Shown in pieces: positions 53,140 to 64,000 of a DNA stretch of 64,000 nt. The position numbers were made by a program, and so were the translations under genes. Under the pieces are notes generated by a model. That model was not told the DNA's origin. It did no database searches and worked only from the letters and a program-made list of their open reading frames with translations. Origin of the DNA: Trypanosoma brucei (Eukaryota); the NCBI GenBank assembly GCA_000002445.1, contig CM000208.1, positions 2,688,001 to 2,752,000 on the forward strand, given 5' to 3'. Numbering within the stretch: the stretch's first letter is position 1; each line of letters starts with the position of its first letter.

Positions 53140-53493
53140 ATGCAACCCCCAACCCCACCTATGACGCCATTCGAGCAAAGGGCTACACAGGCTTTTCAGA
53201 GTGTGGGCGCCTTGCGCATGCAATCCAACATTTTACATCGCAGTGCAGCCTTCTGCATGGAACGGTGCCTTGACACGGAGGAGTTGTACACCTTGCTGCG
53301 GACGTCGCAGGCGCCCATTCGGTATCGCCTCGATACCGATCTCGCTGAGAAGAAATGTGCTTCGAACTGCAGTGCGAAGTGGGACGAATTGTATCGTGCG
53401 ACGGCAATGCGACTGAATGAGGAGGCGGTGCGGCGGGTTCAGATGCGGCAAATGCAGAACATGATGAATGCGATGCAGGGGGGAGGGGTCTAG
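53140..53493 (+). CDS. small Tim-like protein (twin CX3C motif)
   Basis: Track start 53017 is non-ATG with a Cys/His-rich implausible extension; first ATG at 53140 gives 117 aa. Contains C-MER-C and C-ASN-C separated by 29 residues. Confidence 0.4.
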   Translation: MQPPTPPMTPFEQRATQAFQSVGALRMQSNILHRSAAFCMERCLDTEELYTLLRTSQAPIRYRLDTDLAEKKCASNCSAKWDELYRATAMRLNEEAVRRVQMRQMQNMMNAMQGGGV

Positions 53494-54072
53494 TGCGAAT
53501 GCCCCCATGAAGGACGTGTGCGCGTACGTTGCTGTCGCGGAGAAATAAGAGAGCGATAGTGGCGAGGGGGCGTGTAGTTGTGTTGACGGTGTCTAAGCCG
53601 AAGGTGACGAATAGCTGTTTCCAATCAGTTGTTCGAACGGCCGTGCTTCGGTTCCCGTTGTTCTATGAAAAGGTAATAGGTGGATTTTGATTCACTTTGA
53701 CTAAACTCTTGGCTCGTTATTAACGTTTTCTCTGTTCATCTTTCACCTTGCAATATCTACGATTTCCTGTAGGTGACGGGTCTGTGGTCTTTGTTGGTAA
53801 GTTCGCCGTCATCAGATGTACTTCTTTTCGCCCTCATGTGTCTTGATTCAACTTGCCCATCGCAACTTTTTTGGTCATCATTGATTGTGTTGGTTTTATT
53901 TCATGTGGGGTGTAGCAACCACGTGGAGACAGACATCAAAAGAGGGCGGAGGAACTAACATAAGCGGACAAACCGAAGACAAGGGGCGTAGGGAAGCATT
54001 TGAGTTGTTACTGTTGTGCACAGGTCAGCGCCTTTCTATCTTCCAACAAATACATCACCGGCTTTTGAGCGG

Positions 54073-54378
54073 ATGTACCTTGCGGTTTTCCAGGAGTTTG
54101 CTCATTCAAAGGTTTTGGAGCGCATCCAAAGCGAGGACATTTGCCGAGTTGACGTGGCCCCGATGCCGTGCAGTTCGGCAAAGTCGGAGGAGGAGTTGGC
54201 TGTGGTGCGGGCATCTGCGAAATTAATTATTGAGGATCCCGAAAAGGAGAATGAGGAGGCGGTTGAGGCGGCACTCGCCACCCTTGGTGGGTTGGGGTTC
54301 AGTATTACGCACCGTCATCCAGTTACATCGGCAGGTTGCCCGATGCGGGACCGTGTCATATTAACATACACCGGATGA
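54073..54378 (+). CDS. small hypothetical protein (101 aa)
   Basis: Track start 54016 is GTG; first ATG at 54073. Acidic, non-repetitive; lies in a 1.25-kb spacer between the flanking genes. Confidence 0.25.
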   Translation: MYLAVFQEFAHSKVLERIQSEDICRVDVAPMPCSSAKSEEELAVVRASAKLIIEDPEKENEEAVEAALATLGGLGFSITHRHPVTSAGCPMRDRVILTYTG

Positions 54379-54588
54379 AGTGGCTTGACCCCGGTGACGG
54401 TACTTGTAGGCAGGTGTATGAGGCATGGCGTCACTGGGCAGACAAACGGCTCGAACGTGGTGCGTCAACAACCGCTCCCCTTCCTTTTCTTTTCCTTATT
54501 TCCCTTCGTCACTTCCATCGGGCTGCCGATGACTGCATGTGGCTATGCTGCTGCTATCGTGGCATCTGATTTTTCACTCGAGAGGGGT

Positions 54589-54641
54589 CTCTTCCTCTTA
54601 ATTATGTTTGCGCTACTGCTTGTTCTTCCCTTCCCGTGCAG
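54589..54641 (+). promoter_or_regulatory. poly-pyrimidine tract + AG: putative trans-splice acceptor for RPS3
   Basis: cttcctcttaattatgtttgcgctactgcttgttcttcccttcccgtgCAG about 105 nt upstream of the ATG. Confidence 0.4.
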
Positions 54642-54747
54642 GGAGGAAAATGATCTTGCCCATTCTGTTTTGTAAAGTGGACCGTCAATTCGAGAATCGA
54701 CACCGAACCACAAGCCAAGGTCAGCGATACTTAGCACTGAAGGAAGG

Positions 54748-55392
54748 ATGGGGCCTCTATCTAAGAAGCGCATGATGGTGCGCGATGGGGTCTTCTACGC
54801 CGAGCTTTTCGAGTTCTTAAAGCGCGAGTTGGCTGACGACGGTTTCGCTGGCGTTGAACATCGTGTTACTCCCACTCGCACGGAGATTGTCATCCGTTCC
54901 ACAAAGACCCGCGAAGTCCTCGGTGAGAAGGGCCGCCGCATCCGTGAGCTAACGGCTTGCCTTCAGCAGCGGTTTAACTACAAGGAAGGCAAACTGCAGC
55001 TGTTCGCCGAGCGCGTGGAGGTGCGTGGACTGTCCGCAATGGCGCAGGCCGAATCCCTGCGTTTCAAGCTTCTCAGCAACCTTCAAGTGCGCCGTGCGGC
55101 CATGGGCATCATCCGTTACGTGATGGAATCCGGCGCAAAGGGCTGTGAGGTGACAATTGGCGGAAAGATCAAGGGCCAGCGCGCGAAGAGTATGACATTC
55201 CGTGACGGCTACATGATTAAGTCGGGTACTGCTCACAAACACTTCGTTGACACGGCCACCCGTCATTGCCACTTGCGTGCAGGCACCATTGGCGTAAATG
55301 TTAAAATCATGCGCCCACAGAGTATGATAGAGGAAGACGAGGTACTTCCCGATGTGATCACCGTGATTGAACCCAAGACTATTGAGGCTTGA
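54748..55392 (+). CDS. RPS3: 40S ribosomal protein S3 (uS3)
   Basis: KH-domain and S3 C-terminal signatures ([55 protein letters not shown]), 214 aa. Poly-Y tract plus AG upstream. Confidence 0.9.
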   Translation: MGPLSKKRMMVRDGVFYAELFEFLKRELADDGFAGVEHRVTPTRTEIVIRSTKTREVLGEKGRRIRELTACLQQRFNYKEGKLQLFAERVEVRGLSAMAQAESLRFKLLSNLQVRRAAMGIIRYVMESGAKGCEVTIGGKIKGQRAKSMTFRDGYMIKSGTAHKHFVDTATRHCHLRAGTIGVNVKIMRPQSMIEEDEVLPDVITVIEPKTIEA

Positions 55393-55821
55393 TCATGGAA
55401 GTGGTGGGACAAATGTGATTAGGACTGCAAGGGTAGTTTTCGTGCGTGCCCTTGCGAGTTCTTGTATTCCTCGTTTGACGGAGCCCTTGATAATTTTCTA
55501 CGGTCTTTTTCACCTTTTTTTTCTTTTGCTTTCATGACTTTAAAAAAAATAAAATGCCCTTTACCTTGCTGTGCTAGCGCTGCGGGGGAACGTACGCGGG
55601 TGTGTACGCCCTCCGGTTGTCGGCTGCAGAGGTTTGCCCCAGCGTCAGGGATGTATAAACCTAACCCGAAGAAAGATGATACTTGATTTCGTTGCTTTCC
55701 CCCATTGTTTTTTCTGTTCTACATTAGAACGAAAAGCACCAAAGCCCACTGACCTCTTATTTGCGAGATTCCGGTGGGTGTAGGGGCTCATTTCTTGTTT
55801 CCCTTGCCGTAGGCTAGGGGG

Positions 55822-58050
55822 ATGGACAATCAGCGCAATACAGAAAGGCAGCCGCAATCTGAGGAAGAAAATGCGAAAAGTGATGTAAACGTATTAGAAA
55901 ATTCATGTAGTGGGGTGGTGAGGTCTTTCCCGTTACCATTCATCAGGAGGGAGGGTGCGACTGCGGCAGGCAGCACTTCGTTTTCACATGCTTTACTCGT
56001 ATCTGGGAGCAAAAATCGAAGTCAGTCGGAAACATGCTCTTCGGATTCGAGTGGGGCAGAACGAACAAGTGGCCAGATAACGTTGTTGCAGACAGGGGAT
56101 ATTGGCAGCGACTGTTCCTTGTCGGAGGACTTCCAAACATCGACCACAGGACATACGGAGAGGTTACGGTTGTGCGCCCCCCTTCGAAAGAGGGATTCCG
56201 AAACCACCAAGGACCCCCGGATAACGCGAAAATGTCTGTTAAATGCATTCCCTGTGTCGTTAAAACATATTGCTGTCGACGAAGTAGCCGCGGCCGGAAT
56301 GAAGCCCGGCGATACTGTGATTGCAGCAACAAGCGGTTATCATCATCAGTTCACGGAGCAAACGCTTCTGGAAATTCACGGGTTACTTCTTCGTACTGCC
56401 GCTGCTGCTGAGGCGAGGAAGCAATATTTAATGGCTGGCGCACACATGGAAGCCACGAGCGTTGGCCGTCGAGTTACTGAAGGTCTCATCGAGGGGGAGA
56501 GTGCCCGAGATCTCACTGTCTGGAGTGAAGGATGGTATAGGCATCATCCGTCTGTCAGGGGTGGAGTCCTGACCGCAGTTACTGTGCGGCCGCCGCAATT
56601 CAAGGCGGGGATGCTATGGAATGGTGAAGACAAATTCCTTTTAGGGGGTACCGCTTTTGTTGAGGAAGCGCGTATTCTGCAGGTGAAAGTTCCTCACTCT
56701 CAGAATTTCCTGCAAATGGTTAGCAATAGCACTACTCTATGCACAGAGGGAAGTCGCGTTACGAAGGACCAATGGACCGAGAGCTGCGACGGTAGTGATG
56801 CGCGGTCCGAGCCGAAGAAGGTAGCGCACTTATTAGTACGGGAGTATAGTTCTATTTCCAAGGTGCGTGGGGGCACTATGGTGCAAACGTTCTCTCTTAT
56901 ACCAGATCATGTGCAGGGCAATACGCAACGGAGTCTCATCTTGCAGCGTGGTCAGATAACGAAGGTGCTGAGTGAATGCGCACCCGGTGCTGTGACACGC
57001 GGGTTTTCACTGCAACTGCTTCTTCCCTCATCATTACGTAGCGAACTTGGCTCAATGGCATATGAAAATCCATTTTCCACCCGAGATACTGACTCTAACA
57101 TACTCGACGATGGTGGTGGTGAATGTGGTACGTTCTGTGCAAATGAGAGCACATTCGCCAACACCATGAACTCCGACTTTATGTCTTCAACAGCCACACT
57201 GATGATGAACCGCACGTCGAAAGTACGCACGACGGTGCGGCAGCCGTTGGGCGACGAAACGTATCTTCGGTTTGCGAACCCCAAACTTTATGCGTTTGTG
57301 ATGCAGCAATCGCCTGCTATACTAACTGCCCATACGAATGCTATACGTGAATACATACTTTACCATCACCGATTCCGGATTCGACGCAAAATTGCGGAGG
57401 TTATGCAGGCAATCCGTGCACTGCAAGGGTTTTTCCGTCACTGCTTGGGGCGCAAGAAGCGAGCGATTAAACGTATGCTTCGACAATGGCGTCGACTTGA
57501 ATATCAGTGCCGTGCTCGGTTGAAGAAGCAGACGTTTGAGGCTCCCAATGTGAGCCGCATCAGTTATGTTGTTGGAAGCGTTCTTTGGGAGCATGTTGTA
57601 ACGACAGACGAGTACAAGCTCAACATGCTGGAGGAGCAGATGAAGGCGCGACGGGCGGGGTACTTGCGGTGGTGTGCTCAGCGTCGTGAAGAGAATAGGA
57701 TGATGCCTAAGGTAAATGAAAGCAGTGAGTCAACAGAAGTTAGGGGAATTGGAGATCCTCGCGGTGCGAGTACGGTACTTTCGCCAAAAGAACTTAGCAC
57801 TGGAACAATGTTGGTCTCAAGGGAACAACCAAGGTTGGATTCTACCTTGAACAAGTCTCACCACAGGTGGATCGCTAAGTGGAGGGATGTGGTACACGCC
57901 CGATTTGGTTGGTATATTGAACCGGAAGTGTTACTTAGGGAGAGTCACCGTCGGCTCCTCCATTCGCTGCGGAACACAATTCTAACTATGGCAGACGTAC
58001 AAGCAGCGCTAAAGAAGAGGGGCGAAGAGGATGAGTTTACGTTGATGTAG
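55822..58050 (+). CDS. hypothetical protein with IQ calmodulin-binding-like motifs
   Basis: 742-aa ATG ORF. IREYILYHHRFRIRRKIAEVMQAIRALQGFFRHCLGRKKRAIKRMLRQWRR has an IQxxxRGxxxR-like pattern. Confidence 0.5.
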   Translation: MDNQRNTERQPQSEEENAKSDVNVLENSCSGVVRSFPLPFIRREGATAAGSTSFSHALLVSGSKNRSQSETCSSDSSGAERTSGQITLLQTGDIGSDCSLSEDFQTSTTGHTERLRLCAPLRKRDSETTKDPRITRKCLLNAFPVSLKHIAVDEVAAAGMKPGDTVIAATSGYHHQFTEQTLLEIHGLLLRTAAAAEARKQYLMAGAHMEATSVGRRVTEGLIEGESARDLTVWSEGWYRHHPSVRGGVLTAVTVRPPQFKAGMLWNGEDKFLLGGTAFVEEARILQVKVPHSQNFLQMVSNSTTLCTEGSRVTKDQWTESCDGSDARSEPKKVAHLLVREYSSISKVRGGTMVQTFSLIPDHVQGNTQRSLILQRGQITKVLSECAPGAVTRGFSLQLLLPSSLRSELGSMAYENPFSTRDTDSNILDDGGGECGTFCANESTFANTMNSDFMSSTATLMMNRTSKVRTTVRQPLGDETYLRFANPKLYAFVMQQSPAILTAHTNAIREYILYHHRFRIRRKIAEVMQAIRALQGFFRHCLGRKKRAIKRMLRQWRRLEYQCRARLKKQTFEAPNVSRISYVVGSVLWEHVVTTDEYKLNMLEEQMKARRAGYLRWCAQRREENRMMPKVNESSESTEVRGIGDPRGASTVLSPKELSTGTMLVSREQPRLDSTLNKSHHRWIAKWRDVVHARFGWYIEPEVLLRESHRRLLHSLRNTILTMADVQAALKKRGEEDEFTLM

Positions 58051-59019
58051 CTTCCCAGTAGTATAGTTAAGGAAGTAGTCTCCTTTTTTGAGGGAGGAAA
58101 GGGGGGGGGGAGCAAGCACAAAAGAGAGAGAGATTTGGTTTATATTAGTGCTCTTATCGTTACCCACCACTGTTGAAAGTGCGCTTGCTCCCGTCTGTCG
58201 TGTCTCCTACTTTGGTTTTTGGTTGCATTTGGTGTTGGAGAGTGTCAGCATCACCCTCACTGCACTCTGTTTCTTTAAGAACTGTTTTTCTCTCTCTCTC
58301 CCTATAACCTTCCCCACATTTTTCTATTGTACTTAGTGCTGATGGATCAGTTGAGTTTTTTTTTTGTACAATGTGGTATATATCTAGCTACCCTAAGCAT
58401 GCATGTATATACATATATATATATATGTTTCCCTTCTTCGCGCTTGAGAACTCATCTCTTTTTTCTGTTGCGCGTGTTGGTTTGTAACTACCATTAACGT
58501 TTCATCTTTTTTCTTTTACTCTTTTACCTCGTACTTTTTTTGCCAGGTCTCGTATTTGCTGTGCCCTGCGGGACTAGTTATTATTGTTATTATTGCGCCC
58601 ATGTAATGGAACGGGCCGGTTTTTATATGTATATGTTAAATGGCGGTAAAGTAAAGAGAGAAAGCCAATGATGACCGTAAGGAGGGTGAAGTGGAGAACT
58701 GCGTGACACACGGGTCTGTGTGCAAATAAAGACCACGTCGCAGACTGAAGTAATAGTATTGGAAGGAGGAAAATGGGGAAATTTGTACCAATAGGTGTGT
58801 CTACTGCTGCTTGCAGCTGTTGTTGCCATAAGGGGGAATAAATGTTACCACTTATGTGCTGTTGCTTTATCTCTTTCGACCTGGAACACTGAATCTTGGT
58901 CGCTTTCTCTTTCTCTCTCTTTTTTTTTTTGATGTGCTTCTTTCTTTCCTGTCACCAAGATTCAATTTTCACTTTTTTCTCCTTCGTCTACACATTTTTT
59001 TCTTTTTTGCCCACTTTAG

Positions 59020-60252
59020 ATGGTTGGCGAAGATTCTAATTTAGGGGACCCGATGACAGGTCCTGCGGTTAACCTCCCCGCTTTCCAGTCATTGAGCCAA
59101 CCGGGTCTTTTCCCCCGCAGTATTCCACCAGACCCGTCGTTGCAGTGCCAAGTGCTCGCCGCTGAGTGGTGCGCTTCGCTTTCAATCGCAATGATTAATC
59201 TGTCGTCTGGCGATTTTTCCCCTTCAGCTAACTCATCGTCTTCGTCACCGAAAGGGGGATTCGTAGCAGCGGGTCTAGCAACGACATTATTCCATGATCT
59301 CTCTGCCCACTACGGCTCACATGCGCTGCGGCGTGGCGCAAGTCATCCTTTGGGACCGTGTTACCGAAGCAAGAAACGTTCACGTGCGGCGGGTCATCAC
59401 GATGGGCGAGGAGGAATATGGTCACTTAGGATGGCTCATCGGCTCTGGTGTCGCCGTTGTGGTCTACATCTTTGTCCCGGAAAAACAAAACTTCTGCGAT
59501 CTCCGTGTGCTCCTTCAGTATGTTCCCTAGAAGATAGTGAGGGTTTCGTTGGAGGTCCTGCCGCTGGGGAGGCTTCGCGTGCAAATCGGGGGCTGTACGT
59601 GTGTTGCCGTTGCCTCGCAGCAGAACAGCTACGTCACAAGAAGGAAATGGGATCATTTGTGCAAAGTTGCAAGGAAAGGAATGTGAGATATACCAACAGT
59701 GAGGAGGAGGAGGAGGAGGGCACTCACCTTTCCACTAGTAATCACTTAGCCGCTGCTGCCGCCGCTGCAGCCGTCGGTCGCACACGGCGAAGAAAGCGTA
59801 AGAGGCACAATGATGACGTTGTATCTGGAGATCGGGTGTCGAAAGATGGGCAAATTGCTTCCACTGTTGCCCTACGGAACCTACCTAAAGGCTCTTTGGT
59901 TCGAGGTAAGAGGAGTCGCGTGACGGTTCCCGGGGCTTTGAAGGCGCTGCCGCCTTCTCTGAAGAATGAACAAAAGACACACGGCATCGGTAGCATTGAT
60001 GAGGGCCGTATGACCGCGAGGAAGGCGGCACGCACCGAAACCTATGGTGATGTTAAGCGGGCCAACCACACTCAGGCAGGCTCTGAACCACCGGTTTCTA
60101 TGACTGTCGAGTTAAGACAAGTAACGGGTGCGCAACCGGGGCCGCTTCGCCCACTGAGTCGCCGGGGGACCGCTATACCTAAGAAGGATGGTGCATCAAA
60201 CGCAAAGTCGAACAATGCGTTTTCAAATACCATGTCGCGGCTTGGTCTCTAA
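59020..60252 (+). CDS. hypothetical protein (410 aa), Cys-rich central region
   Basis: ATG ORF on the coding strand preceded by a long poly-Y tract (58860-59010). Confidence 0.5.
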   Translation: MVGEDSNLGDPMTGPAVNLPAFQSLSQPGLFPRSIPPDPSLQCQVLAAEWCASLSIAMINLSSGDFSPSANSSSSSPKGGFVAAGLATTLFHDLSAHYGSHALRRGASHPLGPCYRSKKRSRAAGHHDGRGGIWSLRMAHRLWCRRCGLHLCPGKTKLLRSPCAPSVCSLEDSEGFVGGPAAGEASRANRGLYVCCRCLAAEQLRHKKEMGSFVQSCKERNVRYTNSEEEEEEGTHLSTSNHLAAAAAAAAVGRTRRRKRKRHNDDVVSGDRVSKDGQIASTVALRNLPKGSLVRGKRSRVTVPGALKALPPSLKNEQKTHGIGSIDEGRMTARKAARTETYGDVKRANHTQAGSEPPVSMTVELRQVTGAQPGPLRPLSRRGTAIPKKDGASNAKSNNAFSNTMSRLGL

Positions 60253-60626
60253 TACTTCGCTCGTGGAGGCTACTGCTTGTTTTTGCGCGCGTGCTTTTTT
60301 TTTTTGGCGTGTGCGTGGTGCCAATGGGACATGTAGGTACGACGGCCTCTACGTTGTGTTTTTTTTTTTTTTTACGCCACTTCTCCTTGTTTCAGTTTCT
60401 AGACGGGAAGAAACGGGTGTCGGAAACGGGATAGTGTCCTACGATTGAAAAGTTATTGTATTGTAAACCCCTTGGTATGGTTGCTGTCTTCTCTTCTTTA
60501 CGTCGCTACAGGACAGCTCGTCCTCTCTTTTTTTCTTTCTTTTTTTTTCCTTTTCGTGCGTTCGGACGCGGTCCTATTCTTCGTTGTGCCCTCGCCTTGG
60601 CGCAGGTCCTGTAAGCTCCTACAGAC

Positions 60627-62828
60627 ATGTCGTCGCGCTTAACGCTTCAGTCCTATTCTGCGTGGCCCATGAGTATCGATCTTGACATGCTCCGAGCGTA
60701 TACGGCTGGTCACTCCATTGATAAAACCTTGCGGTTAATGCTGGATGCTGCAGCAGCGTCCTTGAAGGGTGATGAAGGGCGTGGGTATCAGTCGCTACCC
60801 TCGCCAGGAACTGAGCTCTTTGTGCAGCACTTATCGGAATCCGCTGCTCGTGGACGTGAGAACTGCCCAGCGGAGTGTGAAGTAGAGGTTGCGCCTCCCA
60901 GTGATGACAATTGTGTGATCAATGAAGAGTGTAGGAAAGAGAACGGTTCACTGTTGGAAAAGGGGAGTGCACCATCTAGCAGCGCAAGGCGCACGTTCCA
61001 TGAAGAATTACAGCGGATATTGGCCGTTACAGCGACTGAGAAATCCGTATACCTGCGAAAGGAGATTGAGGAGCAATTCAATATATTCGATGTGTTGCGT
61101 GATAATTACCTTGCGACACCTTACGCCTTTCTCTCCAGCTATGCCATTTGTATGCCCTTGAAAGATCGCCGGCTGCTAGTGGAGGAATATTACAGTGTCA
61201 ACGAGGAGGTGCTCAAATTCTTCTTTGGAGACGGTATGCACAAAATGGAGCCTGACGGTGAGCCGGAAACGCGCTTTCTTTTTTGGAGTCGGCGCCCGAA
61301 GCGCTGTGACGATCGTGAAAAGCTCAGATGTGCAGGTATTAGCGACGGCTCTCTAAAGCGACAGTGGGAAAACCTCAAGCACGTGTGCACTTTCTTGCAC
61401 TCTGCGTATCGTGGACGTGGAGGCAAGGTGATTTCGCGGAACACACCCCTGTTAACAGCTTTACAGCGATGCTTTGCTCTCCGTGGCCTTTTGGGGGTAG
61501 ACTACGCTACCTTTGTTTTTGGATTTGAACACCAACTAAAGAATCGTTTCTGTGAAAAATTGTCATACGCGGAATGCACGAATTTGTGCAATGTCTTAGC
61601 CACCATGTGGTGCGATGGGTCGAGGTTGATGCTGAGGCAGAGTTTCTGCAATGCATGCGCACGAATTGCTCGTCTGCTCGACGAAAACCGTGTGATAGCA
61701 GAAATTCATCAGATGATGTTTGGGGAGGCGATGCGACCGCGGTGGCAACAGCAGTTGGATGGGATGCAGCGCGTCATAGCAACAAATAAGGGTGCCTGTA
61801 GTGCAAACAACAGCCGAACTGAGGTCGCGACCCCAGCGCCAGTGGCACCACCAGCAATGGCGAGCGTTTCTGTTGACGTACTCCCACCGGACGCTGATGA
61901 CCGATTTCTTGATTCGGATTCGCGTTCCCGTGTGGTATCGGCGGATGTTTCACTAAAGAGGGAGGGGGATTCGTGTGCCTTCGCCTCATCACATGGGGTC
62001 CCAGCCGCTTGTCAGGACAGTAACAACACGGTCGCTACAGTCAACTTAACCGTTGGTAGTCCGGCGACAGTTGGTGCCGCCGTACCGTCGAACACCGGCC
62101 CAAGTTTTGCTCATCTTAGCGCCAACGGTGCATTTTCAAGAAGGTTCATTTTCGAATACTCTTCCATTATCAAGTTTTTGAGTCGCATTGCCGCTGTCAT
62201 TGGGAGCTCCGGGGCCATGTGTGAAGCTCTGGACATATTTTACAACCGAGTGTACGTTTCACTCGAGAGTTTGGGAGCGCGATCGGCATCCTCTCCAGGT
62301 GGTGAGTCCAACATCACCCGAACCGGAGCGGTTTCTTCTCCAGTGGTTGACACGAAGAGGAACAACACTGTTGTTGGTTTTTCCAAGCCTGTAGGTACTG
62401 TCACCGCCACTTCATGTGCTGATGACAGCGGTTTCGTTGCTAGGTTACCTAAGTGGAGTCAGTCTAATTCTGATGAAAGAGTTCCTTTGTTGCCCGGAAC
62501 TCCCGCTAGTGGGGCTGCCAGCGCACCTTGCGTGATCGAAGCGTGCACGCGGTGCTCGAAGGGACAACAACTCCCCGTCATGCAACGTACAATGTCGTGT
62601 GCTGGTGTCGCGTCGAGCACTAACATCGCTGGGGCGGCTGACTGGGGCGTCCACCTCCGAGAGGCGTGTGTGTTTTTCAGAATGTTGCCGAACGTTTTTG
62701 CGAAACTCACTCAAATCACGGAGGAGGATCACCTGGAGTGTGACAATGAGTTTACAAGTTTAGTAGTTACACTTAAGATGCTTGTGCAAATCATTATGGC
62801 TTCTGAAGATCGTAATATTGCCGGTTAG
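60627..62828 (+). CDS. hypothetical protein (733 aa)
   Basis: Long ATG ORF on the coding strand preceded by poly-Y tract 60480-60600. Confidence 0.55.
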   Translation: MSSRLTLQSYSAWPMSIDLDMLRAYTAGHSIDKTLRLMLDAAAASLKGDEGRGYQSLPSPGTELFVQHLSESAARGRENCPAECEVEVAPPSDDNCVINEECRKENGSLLEKGSAPSSSARRTFHEELQRILAVTATEKSVYLRKEIEEQFNIFDVLRDNYLATPYAFLSSYAICMPLKDRRLLVEEYYSVNEEVLKFFFGDGMHKMEPDGEPETRFLFWSRRPKRCDDREKLRCAGISDGSLKRQWENLKHVCTFLHSAYRGRGGKVISRNTPLLTALQRCFALRGLLGVDYATFVFGFEHQLKNRFCEKLSYAECTNLCNVLATMWCDGSRLMLRQSFCNACARIARLLDENRVIAEIHQMMFGEAMRPRWQQQLDGMQRVIATNKGACSANNSRTEVATPAPVAPPAMASVSVDVLPPDADDRFLDSDSRSRVVSADVSLKREGDSCAFASSHGVPAACQDSNNTVATVNLTVGSPATVGAAVPSNTGPSFAHLSANGAFSRRFIFEYSSIIKFLSRIAAVIGSSGAMCEALDIFYNRVYVSLESLGARSASSPGGESNITRTGAVSSPVVDTKRNNTVVGFSKPVGTVTATSCADDSGFVARLPKWSQSNSDERVPLLPGTPASGAASAPCVIEACTRCSKGQQLPVMQRTMSCAGVASSTNIAGAADWGVHLREACVFFRMLPNVFAKLTQITEEDHLECDNEFTSLVVTLKMLVQIIMASEDRNIAG

Positions 62829-63261
62829 CTGTGTTAAGAGTTGGTTGCGGGGCTGGAAGTGTTGTTATCTTCCCTCTTCGTTTTGCCTTGGGTGCACCAG
62901 TTGGTAGACATCGGTAAGTTTTCGGTTGCACCGTTTTCTGCCCGAGCTGTTTAAATGTGTGCCATAGAAATATTTAGACAAAGACGGCGTTGTCGACCAC
63001 TTTTTTAAATCTCTTTTCGTCAATTTTTTGTCTCGTTTGCGCGTCGACAAGGAAGAGAAAGGTTGACCAAGGGAGAGGGATTGCCTTTTCAAAAAAAATA
63101 AAAAATAAATCTGAAGGAGGGGTTCTCTTCCTCCTTTCGCACATATATTTTGTATTAGAGCTTCTCCCCCTTTTTAGGTGGTGGTGTGTACGTGTGTGTA
63201 GATCTGTATTGTTGCGTTGCAGTTCAGAGCGGGCGTGTAGAGGCGAGGGTTCAAGACTAAA

Positions 63262-64000
63262 ATGAATAGGTCGCCCGTAAATTTTTCAGAAAAAAATGCG
63301 CATGGTGATGAACCCGTCACAGCTCCACGGGTGAAGCAGTATGGTGGTGTGGAGCCTCGGGACATGTACAGCTTACCGAGTGTGTCTGTCCGCTCAACTC
63401 CGGCCCTTATGACTTCAGTTGACAGTTGCAACCGCTCTCCGCAGTGTCGACGGCCTTCCCTGACGCCACGCCACACATGTAACGCGGTGTTTGCTGGAAC
63501 GCAGGCACACGGTGAGCGAAAAGACAGACGCTTGATGGTGCTTGCCCCACCAAAGGAATCAGATGGGCCGCGTTGTATCCGGCTTGCGCCAAATGGAACG
63601 TTAGGATCTGTTCATTTTGAATCTACGAATGCTACCGGGAACCGGGACACTGCAGCAGGCGAGGAAGGTTTGGATGAAAGCGGAGCGTACTCCCAAAGTT
63701 CGGATGTGCCACCGCTCGAAGAGCAACTTTGTTTGGAGGACCTGCAGCGGCTCATGCTGGTCTTCTCTTCCACTCCCAGTTTACCCCCCGTCAATGACGA
63801 TGCTTCTTTTGAGAGGATGACTGATTTTCGTCGCTGCGGCGCTGCTCTTCCCAGTCAGGCCAATTCTAGTTGCACGAACACGGAAACAAACGTAAAAGAG
63901 GATCAATCACAGGGTGAGCAAGCGGCATCTGTAGAGGAGAACGTGGGAAAGGCAGGGTCACTTGTGCCCAAGCGCTCTTTTATCGTAGAAAGAAGAAACA
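63262..64000 (+). CDS. hypothetical protein, 3'-truncated by window end
   Basis: I translated frame 1 from the ATG at 63262 and it is open to position 64000 (246 codons, no stop). Not in the ORF track because it lacks a stop. Confidence 0.4.
   Translation, partial: MNRSPVNFSEKNAHGDEPVTAPRVKQYGGVEPRDMYSLPSVSVRSTPALMTSVDSCNRSPQCRRPSLTPRHTCNAVFAGTQAHGERKDRRLMVLAPPKESDGPRCIRLAPNGTLGSVHFESTNATGNRDTAAGEEGLDESGAYSQSSDVPPLEEQLCLEDLQRLMLVFSSTPSLPPVNDDASFERMTDFRRCGAALPSQANSSCTNTETNVKEDQSQGEQAASVEENVGKAGSLVPKRSFIVERRN

Noticed and set aside
1-64000. Search for a prokaryote-style system (operon of defence or mobile genes, CRISPR array, integrase-flanked island)
   Set aside because: Gene structure, repeats and protein homologies are eukaryotic and kinetoplastid-like. 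No short direct-repeat/spacer array, no integrase or transposase ORFs, no bidirectional operon architecture.

Overview
This is eukaryotic, not prokaryotic, sequence. It has the hallmarks of a trypanosomatid chromosome-internal region, most like Trypanosoma brucei-group. Evidence for that call: every credible gene is on the + strand with no introns, about 50% GC, AT-rich intergenic spacers full of (TA)n/(GT)n/poly-Y tracts, and recognisable kinetoplastid housekeeping genes. The whole 64 kb therefore looks like one unidirectional polycistronic Pol II transcription unit. I found no strand-switch, tRNA, retroposon (ingi/RIME/SLACS) or CRISPR-like structure, and the minus strand carries only short ORFs antisense to + genes. 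I call about 28 protein-coding genes. Confidently recognised products are IFT57, PP2A B55 regulatory subunit, TTC4/Cns1 Hsp90 co-chaperone, 60S ribosomal protein L6e, 40S ribosomal protein S3, a PHO80-like cyclin and an FCP1/NIF-type phosphatase. Tentative calls are an EF-hand protein, two WD40 proteins, a twin-CX3C small-Tim-like protein, an ALKBH7-like 2OG-oxygenase fold, a SAP-motif protein and an IQ-motif protein; the rest are hypothetical. The supplied ORF track treats GTG/TTG as starts, so I trimmed those ORFs to the first in-frame ATG. The most interesting element is a near-identical 475-bp tandem array (3.1 copies) at 26.84-28.32 kb. I interpret it as a snoRNA gene cluster of the kind trypanosomatids process out of polycistronic precursors. 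Each unit contains a C box (UGAUGA) ... D box (CUGA) RNA whose guide region is a perfect 13-nt antisense to the universally conserved LSU rRNA block UGAAACACGGACC (U18-like), an upstream H/ACA-like single hairpin followed by an AGA box, and a second, weaker C/D-like module. Nothing resembling a prokaryote-style defence or operon system is present. The candidate novelties are lineage-specific extensions or insertions in conserved regulators and the ncRNA array.
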